From positions 32,001-96,000 of IMG/VR virus record IMGVR_UViG_3300032294_001228: 64,000 nucleotides of DNA. One strand, 5' to 3'. The position numbers were made by a program, and so were the translations under genes. This stretch comes from a virus. Positions 30,593 through 39,343 of this stretch are shown one piece after another; the stretch's first letter is position 1, and each line of letters begins with the position of its first letter. The notes under the pieces were generated by a model, which was not told where the DNA came from, made no database searches, and saw only the letters and a list, made by a program, of their open reading frames with translations.

Positions 30593-30701
30593 AATGCTCC
30601 CTGTTGATGAGTTTGTAGATTAAAGGCATCTACAAAGATATTTAAGGAGAGGAATTTTATTTTTTTCTGACTAGTTTAATTTTTAATCTCGTGACTAAAT
30701 A

Positions 30702-31220
30702 TTAAGCTGACCTGGACCATTCAGCGTAGATCCTATTATTATCCCAACAGCAGATCATTAGCTTAAATCCAAATAGTTCTGATAGTTTTACGTGTTCTTC
30801 AATAGACCACTGATAAAAATTTATATCCTTGCATTCGTCGTTGCCATGATCTGCGATTCCAGGATTACATCGCCAATAGATGCGTGCGGTAGGTTTAAGA
30901 CAATTAATCACACAGGCGATCTGATTCATGATAGTTAGCTTGTCGCCAAAATTAATACTGCCTAGGCATAGTGCAACATCAAAACGATCGACAGTATTAA
31001 ATTTTTCTATACTAACTTTATAGTCGGCAGCATCATTAGCAGGATCTATACCTACAAGATTAACTATGCGAGATTTGAATTCGTTAAACCCGCAACCAAC
31101 ATCTAAGACTAGTTCATTAGACTGTATTTTGTCTACTAATGCCCAGCCAGAATACTGATATCGATCTATGTCTGATTTCCACACTGTGGAAAAATATTTG
31201 TCAAGTTCTTCTTGTTTCAT
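30702..31220 (-). CDS. Class I SAM-dependent methyltransferase
   Basis: VLDVGCG...GID; minus-strand ATAAATA at 31245-31251. Confidence 0.75.
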   Translation of the reverse strand: MKQEELDKYFSTVWKSDIDRYQYSGWALVDKIQSNELVLDVGCGFNEFKSRIVNLVGIDPANDAADYKVSIEKFNTVDRFDVALCLGSINFGDKLTIMNQIACVINCLKPTARIYWRCNPGIADHGNDECKDINFYQWSIEEHVKLSELFGFKLMICCWDNNRIYAEWSRSA

Positions 31221-31249
31221 AAGTAATTATATACGTAGTTAACTTATTT

Positions 31250-31834
31250 ATGAATTTACCTAATCACATATTTTTTACTGGAGCACCAGGTAGTCGTTGG
31301 AGCGGCATAGCGCAGACTATCGAATCTATTCCTGGGTTTAATACCAGCGACCGTAATCCCAATCGTGAATACACACACAATAACTACAGTGGGCATCTAG
31401 GTGCTTACTTTGGCGAAGGTATGGAATGTATATTAATTACCAATGGCGATTACATAGATAGACAGTGGGCAGAGCCTGGCGGTACCAAGCTGATTAAAAG
31501 CCATGAGTGGGCCTTCCATTTAACCGGTATACGTAAGAAAAAACAGTGGCGAGATAGCTGGGTTATGATGGTATATCGACCTGACATGGCTTGCTACAGC
31601 TGGTGGCATGAAGCAGGTGGATTTAACATTAAATACCCCAACTATAGTGCATATAAAAACAGCAACAATATGCTGACTGAAATTGTCAAACAAAATGAGG
31701 CAATTTTGGCTTACGGAAAGATAAATAACTGCAAGTGGGAGTATTTTACTTCTTCTTGGATATCCGAGAATTTCGGTGTAGAAATAGATGTAGCTAAGGT
31801 CTGGCCAGATATATTAGTTACATTAATTAAATAA
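31250..31834 (+). CDS. P-loop, sulfotransferase-like protein
   Basis: IFFTGAPGSRWS...IKSH. Confidence 0.5.
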   Translation: MNLPNHIFFTGAPGSRWSGIAQTIESIPGFNTSDRNPNREYTHNNYSGHLGAYFGEGMECILITNGDYIDRQWAEPGGTKLIKSHEWAFHLTGIRKKKQWRDSWVMMVYRPDMACYSWWHEAGGFNIKYPNYSAYKNSNNMLTEIVKQNEAILAYGKINNCKWEYFTSSWISENFGVEIDVAKVWPDILVTLIK

Positions 31835-31859
31835 ATAACTTTATATAAAGGAAATTAAC

Positions 31860-32549
31860 ATGAACTCAAAACAATTTGTTGCTAAACTAGCACAAGATAA
31901 TGAAGCACTATTTCAAGCAAGTGAAATGAACGTTGAAGCATATTTTAATAGTAATCCAACAACTGAACAACTAGTTGAACACTTCACAGGCCGTATGGTT
32001 AATGAACGTATGAACATGGTTGAAATCTCAGCTAAGATTGCTAGTGCACCAGCTTCAACAACTACAGAAGAACTAGCATTACTAAGCAAACAAGCATTAG
32101 ATGAAGCTAATCACTTCCGTATGGTTAAAGAAGTTATTGAACACATCACAGGCAAAGAAGTTGACGTAGAAGCTGCTATTTCGGCAGAAGCTGCAAAACC
32201 AACTGCTAAAGGTGCTGCACTATTAGCCAAATACGAAGCAGAAAGCGATCCATTAGCTCTTGCAGCTTATCAGTTTATCGCTGAAGGTCGTGCAGAACGT
32301 GTATGGAACAAAATGGCTGAATGTATTCAAGACGAATTCATTTCAACAACATACGCTAAAATTGCTCGCGATGAAGGCTTCCACAGCAACATCGGCCGTC
32401 GTAGTTTAGAGTTATTAGCTACTGATGCTGAAACACAAGCACGTGTAGAAGAAATTGCTCGCACAATGCGCATGGACTTGTTTGCTATTAGCTGCATGAA
32501 CACAACTGCAACAGCAGAAGCTAAAAAATTAATGGGTGTTGCTTACTAA
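31860..32549 (+). CDS. Ferritin-like diiron protein
   Basis: Two DExxH motifs (DEANH, DEGFH); late promoter at 31831-31837; strongly biased codons. Confidence 0.75.
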   Translation: MNSKQFVAKLAQDNEALFQASEMNVEAYFNSNPTTEQLVEHFTGRMVNERMNMVEISAKIASAPASTTTEELALLSKQALDEANHFRMVKEVIEHITGKEVDVEAAISAEAAKPTAKGAALLAKYEAESDPLALAAYQFIAEGRAERVWNKMAECIQDEFISTTYAKIARDEGFHSNIGRRSLELLATDAETQARVEEIARTMRMDLFAISCMNTTATAEAKKLMGVAY

Positions 32550-32574
32550 GCATAATTAATTTTATAAGCACAGG

Positions 32575-32599
32575 AAAGGGAGCTTATGCTCCCTTTTTT
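32575..32599 (+). terminator. Intrinsic terminator
   Basis: AAAGGGAGC-ttat-GCTCCCTTT followed by T-run. Confidence 0.85.
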
Positions 32600-32603
32600 A
32601 TTG

Positions 32604-32837
32604 ATGACAAAAGATTACACAAGATATGTAAAATGGTTTGCCGCTACGATGATTTTATGCGCTATGCCGTTGCACATCTTAGGCATCACCCCGTACAATA
32701 GTATATTACAAATTGTAGGTGCACTTAGTTGGGTGTATGTTGGCGTCAAGTGGAATGAACGCTCACTTGTGCTTAATTTTCTTCCGCAGATTTTTATGAT
32801 TATTGCCGGACTTATTTACTTTGCATATTTTAAATGA
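32604..32837 (+). CDS. Small 3-TM membrane protein
   Basis: Three hydrophobic segments; start reassigned to ATG 32604. Confidence 0.6.
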   Translation: MTKDYTRYVKWFAATMILCAMPLHILGITPYNSILQIVGALSWVYVGVKWNERSLVLNFLPQIFMIIAGLIYFAYFK

Positions 32838-33373
32838 AAATAGCAATCAGTCAACGAGAAATAGTACACAATAATATCACATACGATTGCCTTGAACAAG
32901 GGTGGTATAGGTCATTGTCTCAGCATGAAATACGACCAATCCCCAATGTTTCAAATATTGCCTTAGATTTTGACATGTTGATATTGTCTGGTGGTAACAC
33001 TAGTCCCAATCGCACTACAACAGAAACAATGTATTATAATATAGCATTGTTGAAAGGTGTGCCGATATTAGGTGTCTGTCATGGTGCATTTTTTATAAAT
33101 GAATTTTATGGCGGTATTAATCAACCTATAGCAGGGCATCAAAACACTGCTCATAAAGTTGTACTAGATGGATACGAAGAATATGTTAATAGCTTTCACA
33201 CTAACAGCATCGGCCTAATAGGTAGAGATTTATTGCCTTTAGCAATCTGCCCACAAGATAATACTGTAGAAGCATTCAAACATGCCAGCCTGCCCATATG
33301 GGGCACTGTGTGGCATCCTGAACGTACTGGAGGATTTATACCAAAAGATTTACATAGGATATTAAATGCCTAA
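32834..33373 (+). CDS. Class I glutamine amidotransferase (peptidase C26-like)
   Basis: LILSGG, PILGVCHG, VNSFH, WHPE. Confidence 0.88.
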   Translation: MKIAISQREIVHNNITYDCLEQGWYRSLSQHEIRPIPNVSNIALDFDMLILSGGNTSPNRTTTETMYYNIALLKGVPILGVCHGAFFINEFYGGINQPIAGHQNTAHKVVLDGYEEYVNSFHTNSIGLIGRDLLPLAICPQDNTVEAFKHASLPIWGTVWHPERTGGFIPKDLHRILNA

Positions 33374-34001
33374 GATGCTGATACTTACAGGACCGCAAGG
33401 TGCTGGCAATCATCTGTGGAGTAAAATATTCAGCTTACATCCTGAAGTCTATGGGTGGAAAACTCTACTAGACAACTATTGGGAGGCACATCGTTTCTCA
33501 GAGCCATTTGCCCAACACTGGCGTGATCATGCGCTATTAGATGACTTTGATTGGTCGCAGAGTGACTATTACTTTACCAGTATCAGCTGTCCGTTAGGTA
33601 TCATAGGCAGTGAAGTGAATCCTGTATGGAATCCAAATGTGGCAAAATTTGCTGAACGTGTCGCTAGTTTAGGTATTGAGATAGAAGTAGCTGTTATAGG
33701 TCGCGATCAAACGATACTGGCTAATCAACAGACTCGTATCCGTACTCAATCCACAGTAGATATGCTATTAACACAGTTACCTGATATTATTGATCCAACG
33801 TTTTTAAGTTACGAATTATTATATCTATACAAACAAGACTATCTTAAAAGTTTAAAATTTAATATACCTGTGGCCTGGAATGACCCTAGAGTTAATAGCA
33901 TACTCGCTGATGATGCTAATGCCAAATACATTCACAGTGTGGAGTATAATCCTCTAGATGAGGGTAATAAACAAGGGATAACATTCGCAAATAAACCATG
34001 A
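33366..34001 (+). CDS. P-loop, sulfotransferase-like protein
   Basis: LILTGPQGAGNHLWSKIFS...FLSYELL. Confidence 0.5.
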   Translation: MPKMLILTGPQGAGNHLWSKIFSLHPEVYGWKTLLDNYWEAHRFSEPFAQHWRDHALLDDFDWSQSDYYFTSISCPLGIIGSEVNPVWNPNVAKFAERVASLGIEIEVAVIGRDQTILANQQTRIRTQSTVDMLLTQLPDIIDPTFLSYELLYLYKQDYLKSLKFNIPVAWNDPRVNSILADDANAKYIHSVEYNPLDEGNKQGITFANKP

Positions 34002-34651
34002 AGAAACTACTGATCATAACGGGTCCTCAGGGCAGTGGAAATCACGTGTTCAGCCGCATATTCAGCATGCACGAATGTGTGGGTGGGTGGAAAGAACTAG
34101 TAGACAAGTATTGGGTACCTAGTGATCTAGAGCCCTTTGCCGAATATTGGGTCTACCCTGAACGTCTAACTACAGATGCCTTTGAAGGATACGAATATTG
34201 GTTGGCTAATGTAAGTGTGCCCTTTGTCTACGATGGTGTGCGTCAAACTCCTAAGATCCTAGAGTTTGCCCAAAGAGCCAAATCATTAGGCATAGATGTT
34301 TCTATAGCTATAATTGTGCGTGATCAAAATATACAAGCAGCGCAACAGTTGCGAGTGCGAAAGGAAATAACCTTGCCTATAGCGCAGGAATACTACTACA
34401 ATCACCTCTTAACCAGCAATTTTCCTGTATATTTCTTGGATAATGAGGCCTTATTTTTACACCGTGAGCACTATCTTAAATACGTCAGCAGACTATTAGA
34501 TTTTCCCGTTTGTTGGTATGATCCTAGAGTATTTAAATTCATCGAAGAAGATCCCAATCGCAAGTATGTCAAACATGTAGAAGAATATTGGTTAGACCAA
34601 GAAGTATGGCACGGTATACAGCCCAAGAGTGCTCGCGGTCTAGATAAATAA
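33998..34651 (+). CDS. P-loop, sulfotransferase-like protein (paralogue of previous)
   Basis: LIITGPQGSGNHVFSRIFS; shares GWK.L.D.YW...EPFA and RDQ.I...QQ.R.R. Confidence 0.5.
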   Translation: MKKLLIITGPQGSGNHVFSRIFSMHECVGGWKELVDKYWVPSDLEPFAEYWVYPERLTTDAFEGYEYWLANVSVPFVYDGVRQTPKILEFAQRAKSLGIDVSIAIIVRDQNIQAAQQLRVRKEITLPIAQEYYYNHLLTSNFPVYFLDNEALFLHREHYLKYVSRLLDFPVCWYDPRVFKFIEEDPNRKYVKHVEEYWLDQEVWHGIQPKSARGLDK

Positions 34652-34669
34652 TGTAAAGAGTAGGAAATT

Positions 34670-35212
34670 ATGAGTAAAGTAATCACTGACGTAATTGAAA
34701 ATACCAAAGAAATCTTTATGACTGACAGCAGTCTGGCTACTCTGCTAGATTTTGAACGTGTTTTAGATGAACTTGATCTATATGTGTTTGCACATTGGAA
34801 AGATGGCGAACTTGTTGAAGGTCCAGTTTATGAAAAATATTTTGTAACTTGTACATTCATGTGGCCTTACAAACTAATGCCAGATCCACGTGGAGGTGAG
34901 CGCCTAATAGACTACGACTGCGAAGTATATTATGCTAAAGATACACTAGAATATCCTATTAAGGTCAAAACGCCAGATGATTTTGAGCCAGGCACTAAAA
35001 TGCCTAAAATGGGCAAAAAACCCGTTTGGTTAGTGACAGTAGTTATGCCTAAGAAACTCATGCAAGAAATACAACAAGGCAGTCTAGATTTAGAAAGTGC
35101 TACTCTTGACATGGAAGACATTGAAAAAGCCTACGAGGAAGGAGAAGGTAACGAAGCTAGTTTTTCTCCAGAAGATGAGATGAATCAAAACAATGCACAA
35201 TTACAATTTTAA
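34670..35212 (+). CDS. Hypothetical late protein
   Basis: ATAAATA at 34644-34650; DFERVLDELD.YVF.HW.DGELVEGP. Confidence 0.7.
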   Translation: MSKVITDVIENTKEIFMTDSSLATLLDFERVLDELDLYVFAHWKDGELVEGPVYEKYFVTCTFMWPYKLMPDPRGGERLIDYDCEVYYAKDTLEYPIKVKTPDDFEPGTKMPKMGKKPVWLVTVVMPKKLMQEIQQGSLDLESATLDMEDIEKAYEEGEGNEASFSPEDEMNQNNAQLQF

Positions 35213-35213
35213 T

Positions 35214-35768
35214 ATGCTAAAAGAAAACTTAGAGCACGGTGATCTTAAACGATTGATTCACTCTGAACTGCACATTGACGAATACAAAAGTAAAATGGGA
35301 GATGATGCAGATATTTGTGTGTTAAGTTTTAAAGTTTCAGGTAAAGAACCTAGTACTGATTTAGTTAACTTCATCGAAAAAGGTTACGATTATGTATTAG
35401 ATGCGGACGTAAGTTCAGGAGAAAAGGAGGGCGGAGATTACTTAGTCTTTGTCGAACTAGATAGAACTCCAGAACTACCTAGTCAGATATTTCAAATAAT
35501 TGAGGATATTTTAAATTTAACAAAGCAAGACCTAGCTGATTGGCGTTTCCGTTATCGCAAATCCCCAACAGATTATGATCTTACTGAGGATAATTTGGAA
35601 AAAATTGTTCCGCTTACCCCAGACACATATAATAAGAAATATGAAAAAGAGCAACGAGACCAAAAAGAACTCGATGCTCTTAAAACAGCCGCTGGTGTAG
35701 ATGTAGATGCCACTGCACCTGTGAATGATTTTACGGAGAGCCTAAGAGTAGCGGCAGGACTAAAATAA
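35214..35768 (+). CDS. Hypothetical late protein
   Basis: Start reassigned to MLKE at 35214; IDEYKSKMG.D...FIEKGY..VLDADVS.GE. Confidence 0.7.
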   Translation: MLKENLEHGDLKRLIHSELHIDEYKSKMGDDADICVLSFKVSGKEPSTDLVNFIEKGYDYVLDADVSSGEKEGGDYLVFVELDRTPELPSQIFQIIEDILNLTKQDLADWRFRYRKSPTDYDLTEDNLEKIVPLTPDTYNKKYEKEQRDQKELDALKTAAGVDVDATAPVNDFTESLRVAAGLK

Positions 35769-35787
35769 TTTTTGAAAGGAATCAACT

Positions 35788-36630
35788 ATGCAAATCACAG
35801 CAGGACATATCAAAGCACTATTTCCCAAATACAAATATCCAGAAGATCTAGCTGAAGCCCTAACAGAATCTTTTGACAAGTATGATATCAATACTGTCAA
35901 TCGTGCGGCAGGTTTCCTAGCACAATGCGGACATGAAAGTGCTGGATTTACTATTTTACAAGAAAACTTAAACTATAGTGCCGACGGTTTGAACAAGATA
36001 TTTAAGAAATACTTTCCAACAGTAGCAGATGCTACACCTTATGCTCGCAATCCACAAAAGATCGCTAACAAGGTCTACGGTGGACGTATGGGCAACGGTC
36101 CTGAGTCCAGTGGTGATGGCTACAAGTTCCGTGGTCGCGGTGCTATCCAGTTAACTGGTCGTGACAACTACACACAGTTTGCCAAAGCTGTAGGTCTTAC
36201 ATTAGATGAAGCTGTAGCAGACTTAGAAACACTTGACGGTGCTATCGAGTCAGCTTGCTGGTTCTGGAAGAAGAACGGCTTAAATGCTATCTGTGACAAA
36301 GATGATCTTGTTCTAATGACTAAGCGTATCAACGGTGGCACTATCGGTCTTGAAGATCGTAAGAAACACTACGAACATGCTAAACACGTATTAGGTGGCG
36401 ATCATGTAGCCGAATCACATAGTGCGCCGGCCGCTACAGAATATGTAACAGTACGTTTAGGAAGTAACAACGACACAGTTAAAGCAGTGCAACGAGCATT
36501 AGGATTAACAGCAGATGGTGCATTTGGTCCTGGCACAGAACGTGCAGTCAAAGCCTGGCAAACTAAAAATGGGCTAGCCGCTGACGGTATCGTTGGTCCT
36601 GCTACTATTAAAAAGATGCTAGGCGAATAA
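35788..36630 (+). CDS. Endolysin: GH19 chitinase-like domain plus peptidoglycan-binding domain
   Basis: FLAQCGHES, ENLNYSA, FRGRGAIQLTG, RINGG; C-terminal ADG.FGPGT..AVK.WQ...GL.ADGIVGP.T. Confidence 0.92.
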   Translation: MQITAGHIKALFPKYKYPEDLAEALTESFDKYDINTVNRAAGFLAQCGHESAGFTILQENLNYSADGLNKIFKKYFPTVADATPYARNPQKIANKVYGGRMGNGPESSGDGYKFRGRGAIQLTGRDNYTQFAKAVGLTLDEAVADLETLDGAIESACWFWKKNGLNAICDKDDLVLMTKRINGGTIGLEDRKKHYEHAKHVLGGDHVAESHSAPAATEYVTVRLGSNNDTVKAVQRALGLTADGAFGPGTERAVKAWQTKNGLAADGIVGPATIKKMLGE

Positions 36631-36631
36631 C

Positions 36632-37078
36632 ATGTGGTTATTACACTTCTTACCTGACAGTTTCTTACATACTATCATTAATATAGTTCTATTTGCAGGA
36701 TTAGGACTTACAGTTATAGGGTTCTTTTTGATAGGATTCATTCCTGGAGCACGTAACTACAAAACATTGGTACAAATTTTAGGTGTTGTTCTGTTAGTAG
36801 CAGGCATCTACTGGAAAGGTGGTTACGGTGTTGAGATGGAATGGCGTGCCCGTGTAGCAGAAGTTGAAAAGAAAGTAGCTATCGCAGAAGCCAAAGCTAA
36901 ACAAGCTAACACTAAGGTACAAGAAAAAATCGTAACTAAGATCGTTAAGATCAAAGAAAAAGCTGAAATAGCCAAAGAAGGCATACGTAGAAATAAAGAA
37001 AAAATCAATGCAGAATGCAAACTCAGCGACGAAGCGGTCGCCGCTTATAATCAAAGTATCATCAAGGAGAAGAAATAA
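36632..37078 (+). CDS. Putative i-spanin (Rz-like)
   Basis: N-terminal TM helices then coiled coil; follows endolysin. Confidence 0.65.
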   Translation: MWLLHFLPDSFLHTIINIVLFAGLGLTVIGFFLIGFIPGARNYKTLVQILGVVLLVAGIYWKGGYGVEMEWRARVAEVEKKVAIAEAKAKQANTKVQEKIVTKIVKIKEKAEIAKEGIRRNKEKINAECKLSDEAVAAYNQSIIKEKK

Positions 37079-37344
37079 TGCGTAACTTACTCCTAGCCGG
37101 TTTATTGTTATTAACAGGTTGTGCTACATCGGTGCCGGTAACTATGAGTTTCCCACAGGCACCAGAAGCACTAGCTAAACCCTGCGATCTATTACTACCA
37201 TTAGATCCCGCTAAACGTGAATTATCAGATCTATTAGAAAATACCACAGACAACTATGCCAAGGCCAAAGAATGTCATGCTAAGAGTAAGGCTTGGTTAG
37301 AATGGTACGAAACACAACGTAAAATATTTGAGGAAGTCAAATGA
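37078..37344 (+). CDS. Putative o-spanin (Rz1-like lipoprotein)
   Basis: Lipobox LLTGC, Pro-rich FPQAPEALAKPC. Confidence 0.7.
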   Translation: MRNLLLAGLLLLTGCATSVPVTMSFPQAPEALAKPCDLLLPLDPAKRELSDLLENTTDNYAKAKECHAKSKAWLEWYETQRKIFEEVK

Positions 37345-37760
37345 AAAAATTAGCTATTGCTTTAACACTAGTCTTACTAACAGGTTGTGCGACTATACAA
37401 CAGAGCACACTTTATCGTGCTTGGAATATGCCTAAGTTTGACAACAATGAATATAGCCAGATCAACACAATCCGTACAGTGGCTAACTTAGGTGCGGCTA
37501 AGTGTGGCACACCCGAAGTAGTGCCTGTGGTAGATAGCCTATTCTACAAGTCAGTAGAATTTAAAAATTATTCATCTAGTATTCCACACAATGAAGAAGT
37601 GATAAAGATGAGTGGTGAACTAGCAGAAATCATCAAAGGACTAAACACGAGATATCATGAGAAGGAACCTGTAAGTCCTTCATATTGTACTCTCAAATTC
37701 GGCACTATTGAGAAAAACGCAGTAACAATACAAAATGTTATAGGAGCAAAACCACGATGA
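37341..37760 (+). CDS. Second lipoprotein in lysis cassette
   Basis: Lipobox LLTGC. Confidence 0.65.
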   Translation: MKKLAIALTLVLLTGCATIQQSTLYRAWNMPKFDNNEYSQINTIRTVANLGAAKCGTPEVVPVVDSLFYKSVEFKNYSSSIPHNEEVIKMSGELAEIIKGLNTRYHEKEPVSPSYCTLKFGTIEKNAVTIQNVIGAKPR

Positions 37761-37951
37761 GTACCGTATCACAAGCACAAGAATTAGATGCACAATATAA
37801 AGCTGGTAATTTATCAGCTAGTGAATATAAAGAACTATTAGAAGATCTTAAACATACTGCTGCCGTAAATGAAGCCGCAGGTGATTTGGCAAAATTAACA
37901 CAGATACATGAAGTATTAGATGGATTAAAGTCTGCCGCTGGCTTAATTTAA
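37757..37951 (+). CDS. Hypothetical protein
   Basis: ATGA coupling. Confidence 0.55.
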   Translation: MSTVSQAQELDAQYKAGNLSASEYKELLEDLKHTAAVNEAAGDLAKLTQIHEVLDGLKSAAGLI

Positions 37952-37960
37952 CCAAATGCA

Positions 37961-37967
37961 ATAAATA
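37961..37967 (+). promoter_or_regulatory. Late promoter motif ATAAATA
   Basis: Upstream of holin. Confidence 0.65.
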
Positions 37968-37998
37968 CTATTATAATAAAGCACTAGGAGCATAGACA

Positions 37999-38289
37999 AT
38001 GACATCAGCAGCAGAACAAAAAACAGCAGATTGGATGACCACTAAGTGGCGCCCATTGATGGCTGTAACATACATGGCTACAATTTGGTTTGACTTCATC
38101 GTAGGTCCAATCATTTTTAACATATTACAATATCTTAATCCAGGTCAAGCTGTATCAAGCTGGACTCCTTTAACACTCCAAGGCGGTGGTTTATATCATT
38201 TGAGTATGGGTGCTATCTTAGGTATAGCGGCATTTACACGTGGTAAAGAAAAGATCGCGGAGATTGAAGCGGGAAAACCTCAGGGGTAG
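37999..38289 (+). CDS. Putative holin (GTA 3TM-holin-like, WRP motif), 96-aa zero-frame product
   Basis: W...WRP.MA..Y...DF...P; hydrophobic segments; GAILG...TRG.EK; at end of lysis cassette. Confidence 0.7.
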   Translation: MTSAAEQKTADWMTTKWRPLMAVTYMATIWFDFIVGPIIFNILQYLNPGQAVSSWTPLTLQGGGLYHLSMGAILGIAAFTRGKEKIAEIEAGKPQG

Positions 38290-38314
38290 GAACAGCCCCG
38301 GACGTAAGTGTTCC
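38271..38314 (+). promoter_or_regulatory. -1 programmed ribosomal frameshift signal
   Basis: In-frame G GGA AAA (38271-38277), 5-nt spacer, pseudoknot S1 GGGGT/GCCCC and S2 GGAACA/TGTTCC. Confidence 0.8.
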
Positions 38315-38510
38315 ACAACAACCTCAATGGTTAAGTCAACCTGCACCAGAGAATAATGTTCCTGAGGCAGCCCCAGAGGTAATTCAAGAGTTTGAAGCGA
38401 CTGAAATCGCAGATACTCAAGAGCTTGTGGAAATGCCTACAGAACCAGAGATTGCAGAAACTCCTGAAGCAGTAGATCCAAATCGCCCAGCGAGACGTAA
38501 GAAAAAATAA
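38277..38510 (+). CDS. -1 frame extension of holin (77 aa; full product about 170 aa)
   Basis: Open -1 frame TSGVGTAPDVSVPQQ...EATEIADTQELVEMPTEPEIAETPEAVDPNRPARRKKK*; no own start; TGA in this frame at 38265-38267. Confidence 0.75.
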   Translation, partial: TSGVGTAPDVSVPQQPQWLSQPAPENNVPEAAPEVIQEFEATEIADTQELVEMPTEPEIAETPEAVDPNRPARRKKK

Positions 38511-38523
38511 TCTAGTTTAGAAC

Positions 38524-38574
38524 TAGACATTAAATAAAAGGTAAGCTATAATAACATATAGTTTACCTTTTTTT
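38524..38574 (+). promoter_or_regulatory. Terminator-like hairpin overlapping a sigma70 promoter
   Basis: TAGACA-17-TATAAT (38524-38552); arms 38536-38550 and 38557-38571 followed by Ts. Confidence 0.65.
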
Positions 38575-38589
38575 ATCAATGGAGTTATA

Positions 38590-39303
38590 ATGGAATACGT
38601 CGAAGAGCAGGGCCCTTTATTAGAAAGTCTGGTTTATCTTAATCAAGCCAAAGTTATCGTAGAAGTTGGTGTAGCAGAAGCCAAGTCAACAGATTGGTTA
38701 TGCCGTGGTGCCAAACTACGCAATGGATTCGTCTATGGATATGATCTATGGGACACACATGGTTTGATGAATCAATTTCAACATTGGTCCAGCAAAGAAA
38801 AATGTGAAGCGTATCTACAATCAAAAGGTCACACAAATTTTGAATTAACCAAAATCAATTCAAGAACTCCAGAATTTGTAGAACTAATTAAAACTAAACA
38901 TCCTGTAATTGATTTGGCATTTATCGACGGATGCCATAGCTATGATGGTATTAAAAATGACTTTGATGCTATCTATCCACAACTAAGTGAGTGTGGTGTT
39001 ATCGTATTCCATGATACATTACGTATCGATGGTTGCAGAGAATTCATGATTGATCTACGCACCAAGTTCTGGGATGGCACGTATGATCTTATCACTTTTC
39101 CTTTTGGTAGCATGTTCTACAGCGATGGTAATGTAGTAGATCGCCGTACAGGGATCAGTGTATTGGCTAAACGTAGCTTTGCTACATTAGACTTACCAAT
39201 CGACGAACAGTGTAACTTAGATGAACACTACCAAGAAATCTACGTTAAAGAAGAAGAGTGGTACGAAGCAGAACTTAAACGTGCCGCTAAAATGAAAAAA
39301 TAA
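38590..39303 (+). CDS. Class I SAM methyltransferase (Methyltransf_24-like)
   Basis: IVEVGV...S, IDLAFIDGCHSY, GVIVFHD. Confidence 0.85.
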   Translation: MEYVEEQGPLLESLVYLNQAKVIVEVGVAEAKSTDWLCRGAKLRNGFVYGYDLWDTHGLMNQFQHWSSKEKCEAYLQSKGHTNFELTKINSRTPEFVELIKTKHPVIDLAFIDGCHSYDGIKNDFDAIYPQLSECGVIVFHDTLRIDGCREFMIDLRTKFWDGTYDLITFPFGSMFYSDGNVVDRRTGISVLAKRSFATLDLPIDEQCNLDEHYQEIYVKEEEWYEAELKRAAKMKK

Positions 39304-39343
39304 AGAATAGACAAGATAAACATTTTCTTGTAATATAAACAAT

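Noticed and set aside
38287-38307. Amber (TAG) read-through or stop-codon recoding as the explanation for coding-like DNA after the holin
   Set aside because: In frame 0 a TAA follows after five codons (GAA CAG CCC CGG ACG TAA). TAG is used as a normal stop elsewhere (e.g. 19837, 20486, 52643). The long open frame is -1.
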